Shown: positions 20,992 to 37,575 of the stretch, one piece after another
How positions within the stretch are numbered: the first letter of the stretch is position 1
Layout of the letters: each line of letters opens with the position of its first letter
Assembly: GCF_009914755.1 (NCBI RefSeq)
Contig: NC_060931.1
Length of the DNA: 64,000 nt
Strand: one strand, 5' to 3'
Origin: the human T2T-CHM13v2.0 reference genome, Homo sapiens
The notes under the pieces: model-generated
Seen by the model: the letters and a program-made list of their open reading frames with translations, nothing else
Database searches by the model: none
What the model was told of the DNA's origin: nothing
Position numbers and translations under genes: made by a program

Positions 20992-23900
20992 GTAGTATTT
21001 CGGTTTGTTCTCTATTGATTTGAAACGGTGAAAGCTTCCTATAACAATGTATTAGAACATCAGTGCCTGTGCTGGGAGGTGCCCAGATGGGAAGAGCGGG
21101 AGCGTTAGGGTCGAACCTGAGTTTGAGCCGTGGCGTAGTGCCCTAGGAGCTGGTGTCCCTGGTTAAAGGCCGTAGCACCAGCACATAAAAGGCAGCAGAG
21201 CTCATGTTCCATCCGTGCTCTGCTTCTCCAGCACGATGGAGAAGACTGGATGAGGACTAGATTAGCTTCAGAGTCGCCTTGCGTCCTGAGATGGGGTACT
21301 GTGATAAGGTCACTGGTAGAGTCATCAGTAACCTTCCATGCATGCCACGCTTTATGTTATCAAGACATCTCACATGCCCTGTCTCAGGCCCTCTACAGAA
21401 GCTCTGTGGGACGGGCAGAACCACTTGTTACAACCACCGTCTGCTGATGAACTTGAGACTCAGCGACGTTAGTGGTCTGTCCAAGGTTAACCAGTAGCAG
21501 AACCAAGATTCAAGGTCACCTGCCTCCCAAGGCCAAGACTCTGTACTTCCCCATGGCCCCTCCCATTTATGAAAGCATGAACTGCATTGAGCTGTATCGT
21601 CATTGTCACTGCCACCAGCACCGTGACCATCACACTGGCTTTCAGTATCCGTAAATGTTTGCCCCTGGAGAAATCATCTGCGTTCATTTCCTTCCATAAT
21701 TTTAGTCTGTTTATAGAGCTACTGTCTCCACCAGTTGATGTGTGTCTGAGACACTGCGTTCAGTTGGGGCACCAGAGGGCAATAGGGCATTGGCAGCCTC
21801 GTCCCCAGAGCACGGAAGAGGATCTGGAAGCCGTTTCCATTGGGGAGCTGGGAAGAAACTGGGGAACCTGGTGTAGACCATTATACAAAAGACAGCGCCT
21901 TCTCTGTTGGCCAGAGAGAACAGTCAGACTTGAGGCTGTGTGAGAAGAACGCTCTAACCACGAGAGCTGTCTGACAGAGGCTGCGCTGCTGAGGAGCAAG
22001 TGCGCACCCTGGCCATGGAGATTTTGAGCACAGGTGGCAGCTGTGTGTCGGGGATGTTACAGAGGGGATCCTCATTCCGGTTGGAAGACTGCGCTGAATG
22101 AACTCAGTGTGGATTGGGGGGATTATCTCGTTTGGGATTTTCTCAGTCTCTTGAATCTATAGGTTTGTCTTTTGTTAAATCTGGGACATTTTCAGTCATC
22201 AAGTCTTGAGTTGTTTTTTCAGCCTTGCCCTCTTTGGTTACGGCTGCTCAGGTCCCTTGTCTCTGTTCAGTGTTTTCCCCTCCGTCTTCCCTCGTGAAGA
22301 TCGGGTAGCTTCACTATTCTGTCCTCGAGCTCACGGATGCTTTCTGCTGGCCTCTGCATCCTGCAGTTGAGCCCGTTGTTTGTTGGGTGTAACCTTACTG
22401 TCTCGGTTCAGTTCTGAAATCTCTGTGCGGCTCCTTCTGTCTTGGTCTTCGCTGAGACGCCCACCCTGTGCCTCTTCACTTGTTTCAAGCGTGCCTGTCA
22501 TTGGTCACTGGCGCATCTTTGTGGCGGCTGCCCTAAGTCTGTGGCGGGATTCCAATGTCCAGGCCATCTCAGTGTTGACATTATGGCTTGTTTTTCTTCA
22601 TTCAGGTTGAGCTATTCTTGGTTCTTAGTATAAAAAGTGATTTCCTTGAAACCAGGACGCTCTGAGTGTTTCATCGCGAGACTCTGACTCTTGCTCAATC
22701 CTGTGTTGTGGCAGGCCTCCTTTCACGCTGCCCTGTGGGTCAAGGGGGTACCGCCTCGTTATCACCCGCGAGGGTGGAGGTCCAGTTCCCACTCAGCCAT
22801 CATCGACACCTGCACCGGGAGGGGCTCCTCATTCCCACTGGGCAGGGTGGGAGTTCAGGCCCCTCACTCAGCCTCTGCTGATGCCGCCCTAGCTAGGAGG
22901 GAAGGTGCTGACACCGCCCTAGCTGGGAGGGAAGGGCCACCTGTACTGCTCCTGCTCAGCCTTTGCTGATGCAGGGATGGCCTTGTTGCCGCCAGGTAAT
23001 GATGGTCCCGACTCTGCCCGACCTCCTCTGGAGCCCCACCAGTGCGGGAGGGGAGGGGACTGGGTGCAGCCGGGCAAGGGTGAGTGTCTGGGCTCCCCAC
23101 ACAGCCTGTGCTGTGGGGAGGACTGTGGTGTTTTCCGTGGTCTGCCTGGGGTAGAGCGGTTCCTGCCTGTCGGTTTCTGCCTTGTCGGTCTGCTCCTCTC
23201 CCTGACCTCTGGCTGGAGAGAAGAGGCTTTGCGTGGGTTTTTATGGTCTGCACCCATTGGCTTTTTTAGGCTGTTGGTTTCTCCAGCATCCAGCTCAGAT
23301 GAGGCAGAAAGAAAACTGAAGGAGCTCCCTGCCGTGTCGATCGCTGGCCCCCCGGCTCCCGGCCCATCCGCCTCCTTCTCCACCTTTCCAGTCTTAGGTT
23401 GCATTACACATGGAGCGCAGGTGTTGAGTGGTACTGACAGGAGGAATTGGGAGGAGTGAATCTGCTTCACGCTCTTGGAAGCGGCAGTCCCGTTACTAGA
23501 GCTCCCATCTTCCTTGACTGCTGGGCCTTCGCTAATTTACTTCACAAGCTGAGTACCGGCTTGCTATCACGCCTCCTGAATCTGTGGGTTTGTCTGCAAC
23601 GATCTTGCCAGCTGTGGATGTGGCTGAAGTGCCGAGCCGCCCCCGCGGGGTGTGCATTCCAGATTGTCTTTTGCTCAGAGGTCCAGTCTCTGGAATACCA
23701 CAGTCTTTTGCAAGGAGAAGGCCGTGTATGAGGATGGCTGGCGGTTAGATGCAGGCTGAGGCTGGGAGCTGGTGAGCTGCGGCACAGCCCAGCCTACACG
23801 CTGTTTCTTTCCTGGACTTTACCACGAAAATAGTAGGAAGAACATAATTTCAAAGTACAGGATAGTTGTAGAGATTGAATAAACTTAGTTTTGTGAGAAA

Positions 23901-24732
23901 TCCACTACAGAGTCTTTTTTTTTCTTTTTTTTTGAGACAGAGTCTCACTCTCGTCTAGGCTGGAGTGTAGTGGTGCAGTCTTGGCTTACTGCACCCTGCC
24001 CCTCCCAGGTTCAAGCCTCAGCCTCCCAAGTAGCTGGGATTACAGGTGCGTGCCACCACACCTGGCTAATTTTTTGTATTTTTTGTAGAGATGGGGTTTC
24101 ACCGTGCTGGCCAGGCTGGTCTCGAACTCCTGACCTCGTGATCCACCCACCTCGGCCTCTTAAAGTGCTGGGATTACAGGGGTAAGCCACCGTGCCCGGC
24201 CCCGACTACACAGTCTTTTTTGTCCCCACTCACGTCACCACAAATTGGTAAAGAATTTGTCCACAGATAAAGATTGGGAAGCACTGCCTTCCACCTGAGC
24301 TGTAACTGAGGATGAGCATTTGAAATGCATGTTAGCCTTGGATGAGTTTTATTGATAAAAATGCGAACAAAACGGACTTTCTTGTGTGGTCATGGGAGAA
24401 AACGCGTGGTGCGGCACCGTCCAGCCCCGGTGTTGGCGGTATTCGTTTAGGCGCGCATTCCGTGGGACGGGGTTTCTCATCACGGGTTCCGTTGGTATCT
24501 AGGGTGGGACCGTTCTTCTCTGTGGGGGACTTCCTGTCTATCCAGCCTTCCACGTCCCCACCCACTAAATGCCAGGCGTGCCCTCCGGTGCCCTCACGTG
24601 ACATCCAGATTTCCCCCCACCCACCACACACAGAGCCCTGAGTGGGAGCCACGCAGCTTTCCAAATCCCCCAGCTCAGTGCTTCCCTGGGCCTGTGCGCG
24701 GTGTGGTGTGCGTGGCTGTGTGTGGTGTGTGT

Positions 24733-25705
24733 GCAGTGGTGTGTGCATGGCTGTGTACGTGGGGACGTGTGTGCGGTGTGTGCGCAGTGGCGTGTGCTTG
24801 GCTGTGCCCGTGGGGATGTGTGTGCGGCGTATACACATTGGCGTGTGCGTGGCTGTGTGTGCGGGGACGTGTGTGCGGCGTGCGCGCATTGGCGTGTGCA
24901 TGGCTGTGCGTGCGGGGACGTGTGTGCGGCGTGCACGCATTGGCGTGTACTTGGCTGTGCGCGCGGGGACGTGTGTGCGGCGTATACGCATTGGCGTGTG
25001 CGTGGCTGTGTGTGCGGGGACGTGTGTGCGGCGTGCCCGCATTGGCGTGTGCGTGGCTGTGCGCGCGGGGACGTGTGTGCGGCGTGCCCGCATTGGCGTG
25101 TGCGTGGCTGTGCGCGCGGGGACGTGTGTGCGGCGTGCCCGCATTGGCGTGTGCGTGGCTGTGCGCGCGGGGACGTGTGTGCGGCGTGCACGCATTGGCG
25201 TGTGCTTGGCTGTGCGCGCGGGGACGTGTGTGCGGCGTATACGCATTGGCGTGTGCGTGGCTGTGCGCGCGGGGACCTGTGTGCGGCGTATACGCATTGG
25301 CGTGTGCGTGGCTGTGCGCGCGGGGACCTGCGTGCGGCGTGCGCGCATTGGCGTGTGCGTGGCTGTGCGCGCGGGGACGTGCGTGCGGCGTGCCCGCAGT
25401 GTCGTGTGCGTGGCTGTGCACGCGGGGACGTGCGTGCGGCGTGCGCGCATTGGCGTGTGCGTGGCTGTGCGCGCGGGGACGTGCGTGCGGCGTGTGCGCA
25501 TTGGCGTGTACTTGGCTGTGCGCGCGGGGACGTGTGTGCGGCGTGTGCGCATTGGCGTGTGCGTGGCTGTGTGCGCGGGGACGTGTGTGCGGCGTGCGCG
25601 CAGTGGCGTGTGCGTGGCTGTGCGCGTGGGGACGTGTGTGCGGCGTGCCCGCATTGGCGTGTGCGTGGCTGTGTGCGCGGGGACGTGTGTGCGGCGTGTG
25701 CGCAG
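24733..25705. repeat. 51-bp CpG-rich VNTR, 19 copies, in IQCE intron 6
   Basis: GGGGA(C/T) recurs every 51 nt from 24761 to 25679 with no indels. Confidence 0.97.
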
Positions 25706-25745
25706 CTTCGTGTGGATGGCTGTGCATGGCCCTTGTTTTCTTCAG

Positions 25746-25859
25746 TCATTGCACGTGCAGAAGAGCGACGTGGACCTGATGAGAACGAAGCTCCGGCGCC
25801 TGGAGGAGGAAAACAGCAGGAAGGACCGGCAGATAGAGCAGCTCCTGGATCCCAGCCGC
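25746..25859 (+). CDS. IQCE: IQCE exon 7 (SLHVQKSDVDLMRTKLRRLEEENSRKDRQIEQLLDPSR), coiled coil
   Basis: ttttcttcag| ... CGC|GTAAGC; 114 nt. Confidence 0.93.
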
Positions 25860-25980
25860 GTAAGCTCCTGGCGCTTCACGGACGGGGCAAGGGGAGGGTC
25901 CTCGGGGCAGCATCTGCCAGCCAGCCCTGCTGGGGGCTACAACCGAAGGCCGTCTTCATGTCTCAATCTGCTTACCACAG

Positions 25981-26031
25981 GGCACGGATTTTGTTCGGAC
26001 TCTGGCAGAGAAAAGGCCCGATGCCAGTTGG
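25981..26031 (+). CDS. IQCE: IQCE exon 8 (GTDFVRTLAEKRPDASW)
   Basis: ccacag| ... TGG|GTGAGT; 51 nt. Confidence 0.9.
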
Positions 26032-26311
26032 GTGAGTATGGTGTGTGCAGGACAGAGCCTTTCCCCAGACGCTAGTTACTGGGGACAGCCACAGAGGGAC
26101 GCCTTTCCCTGCAGCACCCACGCGTGAAGAGCAGCAGGCAGGGGGGAGGCTGCGGACCCCCAAACCCTTCTCCACTGACACCTGGGGACACCACGGGGAG
26201 GGGGGCCAGCAGGCTCACCACAGAGGCCAAGCAAGACACTGTAGGAAAAACCCATCACAACGGGCGACTTCCCCCTCACACCTGAGAAAATACATTAAGC
26301 TTAACAAGCGC

Positions 26312-29513
<3,202 letters not shown>

Positions 29514-30082
29514 AAAAGAATGTTCTTTAAAGAATATAAGAATATTGTCTCCTCTAAGCAAGACATTCACAGAAAAGGAGGTGAGGAGGCCGCTGGAGCT
29601 GTTCTCCCTTCCCCAAATAGAGGGGAGTGGCTCCTCAGGCCCCTACGGCCGCGCTGTCTCCCACCCTCACTCACTGCCCCATGGAGACTGAACTGGGCGG
29701 CCCTAGGGGCTTCAGGTCTGTGGTTTATCCAGCTGGTGATGGGGCTGCTTCTTTTATTTAATATAATCAAGGGCACACCCTGCTCTGTCCCCCAGGTGTG
29801 CAGTGTGCTTGGGGGAGGGCTGCCAGTCGGTCAGTGTGCCCACGATGGCTGCCACCTCCTGCTCCAGCCGGTGTCGCACCCCTGCCATTCACCCAGCCTT
29901 ACTCAGGGACAGGACAGCACAGTGGGGCCCTCCCTCTTCCCTGGGCCCGTAGTCTAGAAGAGAGCACAGCGCTGGAGGGAGGAAGGACAGTGAGGTGTGC
30001 CGGTGCTCTGGCAGGAGGGGACAGCCGCTTCTACTGAGGGAGAGAGGGCGTGGCCTGCCTGATGGGCACGTTCCCCGGGCAG

Positions 30083-30153
30083 GTCATTAACGGGCTGAAG
30101 CAGAGGATCCTGAAGCTGGAACAGCAGTGCAAGGAGAAGGACGGCACCATCAG
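30083..30153 (+). CDS. IQCE: IQCE exon 9 (VINGLKQRILKLEQQCKEKDGTI)
   Basis: gcag| ... CAG|GTGGGC; 71 nt. Confidence 0.92.
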
Positions 30154-31139
30154 GTGGGCGCAGGGCTGCACCCTCTCCCCTGCCTTCCGCCCCGTGTTCT
30201 GCTTGCTCAGACGCCCGCCTTTGTTCCTCCCCCACCCCGTCCTGTGTCCCTACTCCCAGCCCAAAGCCGAAGGTGAATGTTAGCTGCCTCTTTTTAATTT
30301 TTTTATTGTCTTTGTTTCCTCCAGATAATTCCCTTTAACTTCTTCCTGTTATATTTAAAAGATGCTTTCTCGAAACCTGCTTGTTCTGTGGACCCCTGTA
30401 TCTTTCCAGGATGAGGTTTTAACGCCTCAGTCCTGCGCCGCCCTTGTGCTGTTTTTGGCGTGGCTACTCGCATTTCTTTACCTGACTTTCGAGTGCGAAG
30501 GGAGAGTCTTTCTGGGCCGTGTTTTGGTTTCTTTAAGGGAAACTGAGGCCACACGTCCATTGCCTTATGTCTCCTGTTCGTACAATAGTTCCCCCCTCGT
30601 TTCCTGCCGAATTTTGTCAACTTAAGTTTGCAGATTTTGTCTTATTTCAGTGCAGAACCTCCATGACTTTGCTTTCGTTTCTCTATCGATGTGTCTATCT
30701 AAAGTCTACTCTCTTTTGAGACCGAGGGGATGGCCTGACAGTGCCAGGGAAAAGTGATTCTCTCTTCCTTACAAAACCATCCATTCAAAGACGGCTTGTC
30801 CTTTCTAAGCTCCAAGGCCTTTCCGCACCATTAATCTAGTCTTTTAAAGACAGCATCTTACTTGGAGAAGAATATCTCTGGAAAAGCTGTTTACTCACTT
30901 TGGAAAGCGGCTGGTCTACACAGGAGATGCTTTCCAGCGTGAGGAATTCTCCCATCAGGCTCGAAACGAGTCACTTGTTCAAGGAACAAGTCAAATGAAG
31001 GCCCGTTCAGGCTTTTCCCTCCCATCCTGGGTCTTTTCCAAAGCCTCTCCTCTTCTGAACGTTCTGGGAAACTCTTCCTCTTGCTCTGTCCCCTGGGAAC
31101 GCTGGCACATCCCTATTAACGCTGAACTTGGGTTTTCAG

Positions 31140-31212
31140 CAAACTCCAGACCGATATGAAGACTACCAACCTGGAAGAGATGCGGATCGCCATGGAGACA
31201 TACTACGAGGAG
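31140..31212 (+). CDS. IQCE: IQCE exon 10 (KLQTDMKTTNLEEMRIAMETYYEE)
   Basis: ttttcag| ... GAG|GTGCGC; 73 nt. Confidence 0.92.
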
Positions 31213-31221
31213 GTGCGCCAT

Positions 31222-31487
31222 GCTGGGCGGCGGAGCGGAGGGCGGGCACCGAGCTGGGCGGCGGGGCGGAGGGCGGGCACCGAGCTGGGCGGCGGGGCGG
31301 AGGGCGGGCACCGTGCTGGGCGGCGGGGCGGGCACCGAGCTGGGCGGCGGGGCGGAGGGCGGGCACCGTGCTGGGTGGCGGGGCGGAGGGCGGGCACCGT
31401 GCTGGGCGGCGGGGCGGGCACCGAGCTGGGCGGCGGGGCGGAGGGCGGGCACCGTGCTGGGTGGCGGGGCGGAGGGCGGGCACCGAG
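31222..31487. repeat. G-rich 31/24-bp VNTR, 9 units, in intron 10
   Basis: GCTGGG starts at 31222, 31253, 31284, 31315, 31339, 31370, 31401, 31425 and 31456. Confidence 0.95.
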
Positions 31488-31714
31488 TGGGAGGGGACCG
31501 GCGCTGGCCCCGGGTGGTGGGCCGAGCCCAGGTGGCCCAGAGCTGTGCTCCTGGAGCCTGCTCCTGCTTCAGCCCAACGGAAAGATGAAGTGCGGCCACT
31601 TAGTTCCCGCTTCTGGCCGTAGGCAGCGGTCAGGACTGTGATGTTTGTCTTTTCAGATAAGGTCTTCTCCATGCTAGCCTTGTGTTTTCATGCATTTCAA
31701 TTTGGTATTTACAG

Positions 31715-31764
31715 GTGCATCGTCTCCAGACCCTCTTGGCAAGTTCTGAAACCACCGGAAAGAA
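31715..31764 (+). CDS. IQCE: IQCE exon 11 (VHRLQTLLASSETTGK)
   Basis: tttacag| ... GAA|GTATGA; 50 nt. Confidence 0.9.
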
Positions 31765-32475
31765 GTATGATGGCCGCTTGCAAGCTGTGTTTTGTGTGTT
31801 GCCTTCACGTTGTGGAAGCTCCTCTGAGAATGTGTGGCTGTCACGTGGGTGCGGCATATACTGCCCTTAGCTTGGCAGTGCTGCCAACACTGCACCTGTT
31901 CTGTTCAGGGTTAGAGTTGACACGTTTCCATTTGCAGTGTTCACAGACTCCTCATAGTGACCACGTGTTGATGGCCAACGCGTGTTCAATGCCGCCCGTG
32001 TTCGTTATAGATTCTACATCCTGCCTTCCAGCTTAGAGCTAGAAAGTGCTGTTTCAAAGCAGAGCCACCTTTTTAGGAAGACATTGCACACAAGGACAAG
32101 TTTACTTTGCCACCTAATGTTTTCCTAAATAAGTTTATCAGGAGAAACACCGAGGTTCTCCTTGTCTGGTAGATCTCCCACATCCCTTTCCCAAAGCTTC
32201 CATCTGCTTCTGGGTGGCTGATCTCTGATCATGGCTTTGGCCACGTCACTGGCCTCTGCAGCAGTTTGCTGATGTCGTGGACTGCTTTCCTTTTTCTTTA
32301 CCCCTAATCCTTAAAACTGGTTGGAAAACTTTTTCTGTAAAGGACCAGATGCTAACTACAGTCGATTCTCATTATTCAGTTATAAAATGTCTGCAGGTTT
32401 CTGTAGTGTAGTGGTAATCACGTCCGCCTTACAGAGTTATAAAGTCTCCATGAACATAGAACGAGCGAATACTAA

Positions 32476-32840
<365 letters not shown>

Positions 32841-33687
32841 TAGTCAATGTATAACCTGGCTAACATGTGTCTCTGTTTAAAGACACCCTGTTTAATAGTG
32901 ATTGTGGATTAATTTTCATCAAACTCATGGCTGGCCTGAACGAGGCTTCTTGCACGCGCATAAGCGTCTCCACGGGGGCCCACACAGCCTTCCTGAGCTT
33001 AGAGGCACTGGACGGCACTCAGCACTGCAGTCCAGCCCACGCAAGGCAGCGTCACGAGCAAACAGCACAGAAACGTGAGAGCCACAGCGCCAGGCAGGCC
33101 ACAGAAAGCACACTTGTTTTTACCTGAGCTGAGGTGAGGAGCTGAGCACCACCTGGGTCAGCCCCAGCTGGGAACGTGCGCGCCAGCGACTGGCATTTTT
33201 CATCACCTGTGCACGTGCAAGAATCCCCACAAAACCTGCATGAGTATTGATTTTGGGCTGATGGATCCATTTTAGCAGCAAGCACATTTGCAATTACGGG
33301 ACCTGCAGATAATGAGGATCGACTGTACTTTACACCTCCTGGGCTAAGAGGCGAAACCCGAGCTATCCTGCAGGCACCTGGCGTAACAAGATGCCTTTCC
33401 ACAGCCCTTCTAGTGATGGCATGGAAAGTATAATACTGATGGTTGAACACGGTATTTTGTTACACAGGTTTACCTTGCATAAGGATGGGGTTCCATTTTG
33501 GGTGTAACATTTTGCTTATTTAGAGTTCAAAGTTATTACTGCCTATTCGATTTCAAATACTCACCTGCAAAAACCACTCTGAGCTCACAACCAACAGAGC
33601 AAGCTGTGATTCACCTGTCCCTCGTTTCAAGCATGTGTGAAACCAGCTTAGCAATGCAAACCTCAGTCCACGATTTGGTTGTTCCAG

Positions 33688-33851
33688 GCCCCTGGGGGAG
33701 AAGAAGACGGGCGCCAAAAGGCAGAAGAAGATGGGCAGTGCCCTCCTGAGCTTGTCCCGGAGTGTCCAGGAGCTCACGGAAGAGAACCAGAGCCTGAAGG
33801 AGGACCTGGACCGCGTGCTGAGCACCTCCCCAACCATCTCCAAGACACAGG
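33688..33851 (+). CDS. IQCE: IQCE exon 12 (PLGEKKTGAKRQKKMGSALLSLSRSVQELTEENQSLKEDLDRVLSTSPTISKTQ)
   Basis: gttccag| ... AGG|GTACCT; 164 nt. Confidence 0.92.
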
Positions 33852-35291
33852 GTACCTTCCTGAAAGCCACTCCAGGAGGGAGGCCAGGGAATGGCAGGGC
33901 ATGGCCACTGGGTAGGCCCAACTGAGGACAGGCACCACGAGGGCAGATGTGAACCCTTGGGCAACGCCAGTTCCCACATGTGCCAGCACCTGCCGCGGGC
34001 CACGCGATGCCCCGGGGATGGAGCCGCAAACAGAAGCTCACAGACATCCCTGGAGGAGACAATGCTGTGGGAGGGAGAGAGGAGCTGGGTCAGATGCGTG
34101 ACATGTGTCAGATGGCTGTAAGTGCCATGGAGGAGGGGAGGAGGACACATTTTGGGGTGAGGCAGGTGGTGTGTGCAGCTGCAAGCAGGGTTGACAGGAA
34201 GGCACCCCCAAGACGGTGACAGCTGAGCGGGACCTGGAAGGGGCGAGATAGCCATGAAGACGGCAGCAGGCGTGGGACAGGCGGGGCAGAGCTGAGTGCC
34301 TGGGAGACACGTGGAGTGTGGCCCCTGAGGCCCAGCGGGGCGAGGCAGGGTGCCATGGGAGCCTTAGGGGTGCTGTGGGAGTGTTAGGCAGAGGGTGGAG
34401 GGGGGCCGTGCTGCTTCCCGAGGCCCCCTGGCTTCTGTGCAGAGACGGGGATGGTGGCAGACAGAGGCTTCTGCGCTTGTCTAGTCGGGCTGCTGGTGGC
34501 CTGGATGGGGGCAGCAGTGGGTGTGGTGAAAGGTGTTCAGGGTCTGGTTGCATCTTGTAGCTGGAGCTTAGGGAAACTGCAGAGAGGGTGTAGGCTCTGA
34601 GAGGGAGCAGCCAGGCTCCAAGGCTTTTTGTCCCAGCAGCTGAAAAAGACAGAGTTGCTATTTCCTGAGATGGGGGAGGCAGAGGGGCAGGTTTGGGGAA
34701 AGGCCACGGGAGGTCTGAGTGTGTGGGAGTGCGGGCCAGGCAGTGGCTGTGTGGGGGTGCGAGGCAGAGGCCTGGGCTGGAGAACTGAGCATGTGGGTCA
34801 CCAGCACTTAGGTGGATCGAGTGAGGTCACCTGGAGTGAGAGGAGCAGGGGGTCAGGCCCTGAACTTGGCGGTATATGGGGGAGGCGAGGGGCAGCCAGC
34901 GAGGCAGAGGGGAGGAGTGGCTAGCGAGGGGCTGTGCATGCCAGGAAGGGGACAGGCTGAGAACCGATTGTTGGATTTGGCAGACTGACAGTCATCGGAG
35001 ATCTTGATGAGAACTGTCTTAATGGCCTGGCCAGGTGGAATCGGGAAAGGATGTCACCCCGAGATGCTTGGAGGCTGTTAATACAGACATCTATCTCTTC
35101 ACGATCCAAGGGGGCAGAGACTGGGCCAGCGCTGGCAAAATTCTCAGGTAGCCAGGACCTGTCGGTGTGGCTCTGCAGCCCCGCAGGCTGCTCCGGCTGC
35201 GGAAGAGGAGCCTCAGGCCATACCTGAGAAGGGTGGCCCTGCTGGCAGTGCCCACCAGGATGCCGTTTTGAAACCGCATTGCTTCCATCAG

Positions 35292-35347
35292 GTTATGTGG
35301 AGTGGAGCAAGCCCCGGCTGCTGAGGCGCATTGTGGAGCTGGAGAAG
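35292..35347 (+). CDS. IQCE: IQCE exon 13 (YVEWSKPRLLRRIVELEK)
   Basis: ccatcag| ... AAG|GTGAGC; 56 nt. Confidence 0.92.
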
Positions 35348-35642
35348 GTGAGCGGGCGTCTCAGTGCCACTGTCGTTGGGGACCAGGGGCCTCATGCTGT
35401 GGGGACGGGCTCACGGTGCGGAAGGTGGCGCTGAGCATGGCACTGGCTGTCTGCCAGGCAGCGCCACACACAGACCGCAAGGAGACTTCTTCCAGGTCTA
35501 GACAACGCTGAAGGCAGCTCTCATGCCCCTCGCTGGGCTGTGAGCTTCTGTGCGTGGCCGCAGGCAGACGCGCTTCGCACTGGAGCCCCTCACAGTCCAG
35601 CCCGCCTGTGCAGGCTGTGGGCTGTGCACTGCCCGCTGATGA

Positions 35643-36026
<384 letters not shown>

Positions 36027-36120
36027 TAGCCAGGATGGTCTCGATCTCCTGACCTCGTGATCCACCCACCTTGGCCTCCTGAAGTGCTGGGATTACAGAC
36101 GTGAGCCACTGTGCCTGGCT

Positions 36121-36151
<31 letters not shown>

Positions 36152-37375
36152 GAGGTGGAGTCTCACTCTATCGCCCAGGCTACAGTGCAGTGGCGTAATC
36201 TCGGCTCACTGCAACTTTTTGCCTCCTGGGTTCAGGCAGTTCCCCTGCCTCAGCCTCACCAGTAGCTGGGATTACAGGTGCCCACCACCACGCCCAGCTA
36301 ATTTTTGTATTTTTAGTAGACATGAGGTTTCACCATGTTGGCCAGACTGGTCTCGAACTCCTGACTTCAAGTGATCTGCCTGTCTTGGCCTTTAAAGTGC
36401 TGGGATTACAGTCGTGAGCCACCGCGCCCGGCCTGGACCTTTGTATTTTAAATAGTAAATTAGAGCATCTGTGTTGTTTGGCCAAGCAAAATAAACCTAG
36501 AGGGAAAAACGTTTTTAAAAAATAGTTTTTTACATATTTACAACATAAAAAACTAGCCAGGTACAATGACTCACACCAGCAATCCCAGTACTTTGGGAGG
36601 CTAAGCTGGGAGGATTACTTGAGCCCAGGAATTTGAAACCAGCCTGGGCAACATAGCAAGACCCCATCTCTACAAAAATAAAAACAATTAGCCTGGTGTG
36701 GTGGTGCACACCTGTATTCCCAGCTACTTGGGAGGCTGAGGCAGGAGGAACGCTTGAGCCCAGGAGTTCAAGGATGCAGCAAGCTGTGATTGCACTCCAG
36801 CCTAGGTGACAGAGCCAGACCCCGTCTCAAAAAAAAAGAAGAAAAGGTTCTATACATTGTGGGCATTTAAAATATAGAACTTGTTGGGAAGTCAAGGCAC
36901 CCAGAGGTGGTTCGGAAGCACAGTGGGCAGCACGTCCAAGATCCGGGAGAGGCAGGAGTGGAGGGCGGGGACGGGCTCAGCGGCACTTTGCAGGCGACAC
37001 CAGGATGTCACTCGAGACTGAAAGCATGAAGGCTGAAAATGTCGGCAGTTCCAGGGGACAGGAGGGAAGATGTGCAGAGTCGTTTGAGTCCCCTCCCCTC
37101 GTGCCCTCCTCTCTGTTTTAATGACTTCTGCCTGCGCCCTGGCTTGGCGGGGGTCTGCGCGTGCCTCACTTCTGATTAAAGAGACTGAGCAGGGATCATG
37201 CTCTTCCAGTAGCTTGTGCCCGGCAGCTTCTCTGGGTAACTCGGGTCCCCTCAAAGCTTTCTCATGGCCCTGCTGGAGACTCAGTTTGCCCTGGTTCAGT
37301 GTCTCTTTTCTGGGTTTGGTAAATAGAAAGTAGAAATGAGAACTAGTATCTAACACATGTCTGTGTTGCCTCCAG

Positions 37376-37575
37376 AAACTAAGTGTGATGGAGAGCTCAA
37401 AATCACACGCCGCAGAGCCAGTCAGATCACACCCGCCAGCCTGCCTTGCATCCAGCTCTGCGCTGCACAGACAGCCACGAGGGGACCGCAACAAGGACCA
37501 CGAGCGTCTCCGAGGGGCTGTGAGAGACCTGAAGGAAGAGCGGACCGCGCTGCAGGAGCAGCTGCTGCAGAGAGA
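37376..37575 (+). CDS. IQCE: IQCE exon 14 (KLSVMESSKSHAAEP...ALQEQLLQR)
   Basis: cctccag| ... AGA|GTAGGT; 200 nt. Confidence 0.9.

Noticed and set aside
24332-26075. Long ORFs (350-477 aa) in all six frames, including Cys-rich RGD/CxxC-repeat peptides and one frame continuous with exon 7
   Set aside because: A trivial result of a stop-free 51-nt (17-codon) repeat. There is no convincing start or promoter, and the upstream AG acceptors I checked were out of frame.
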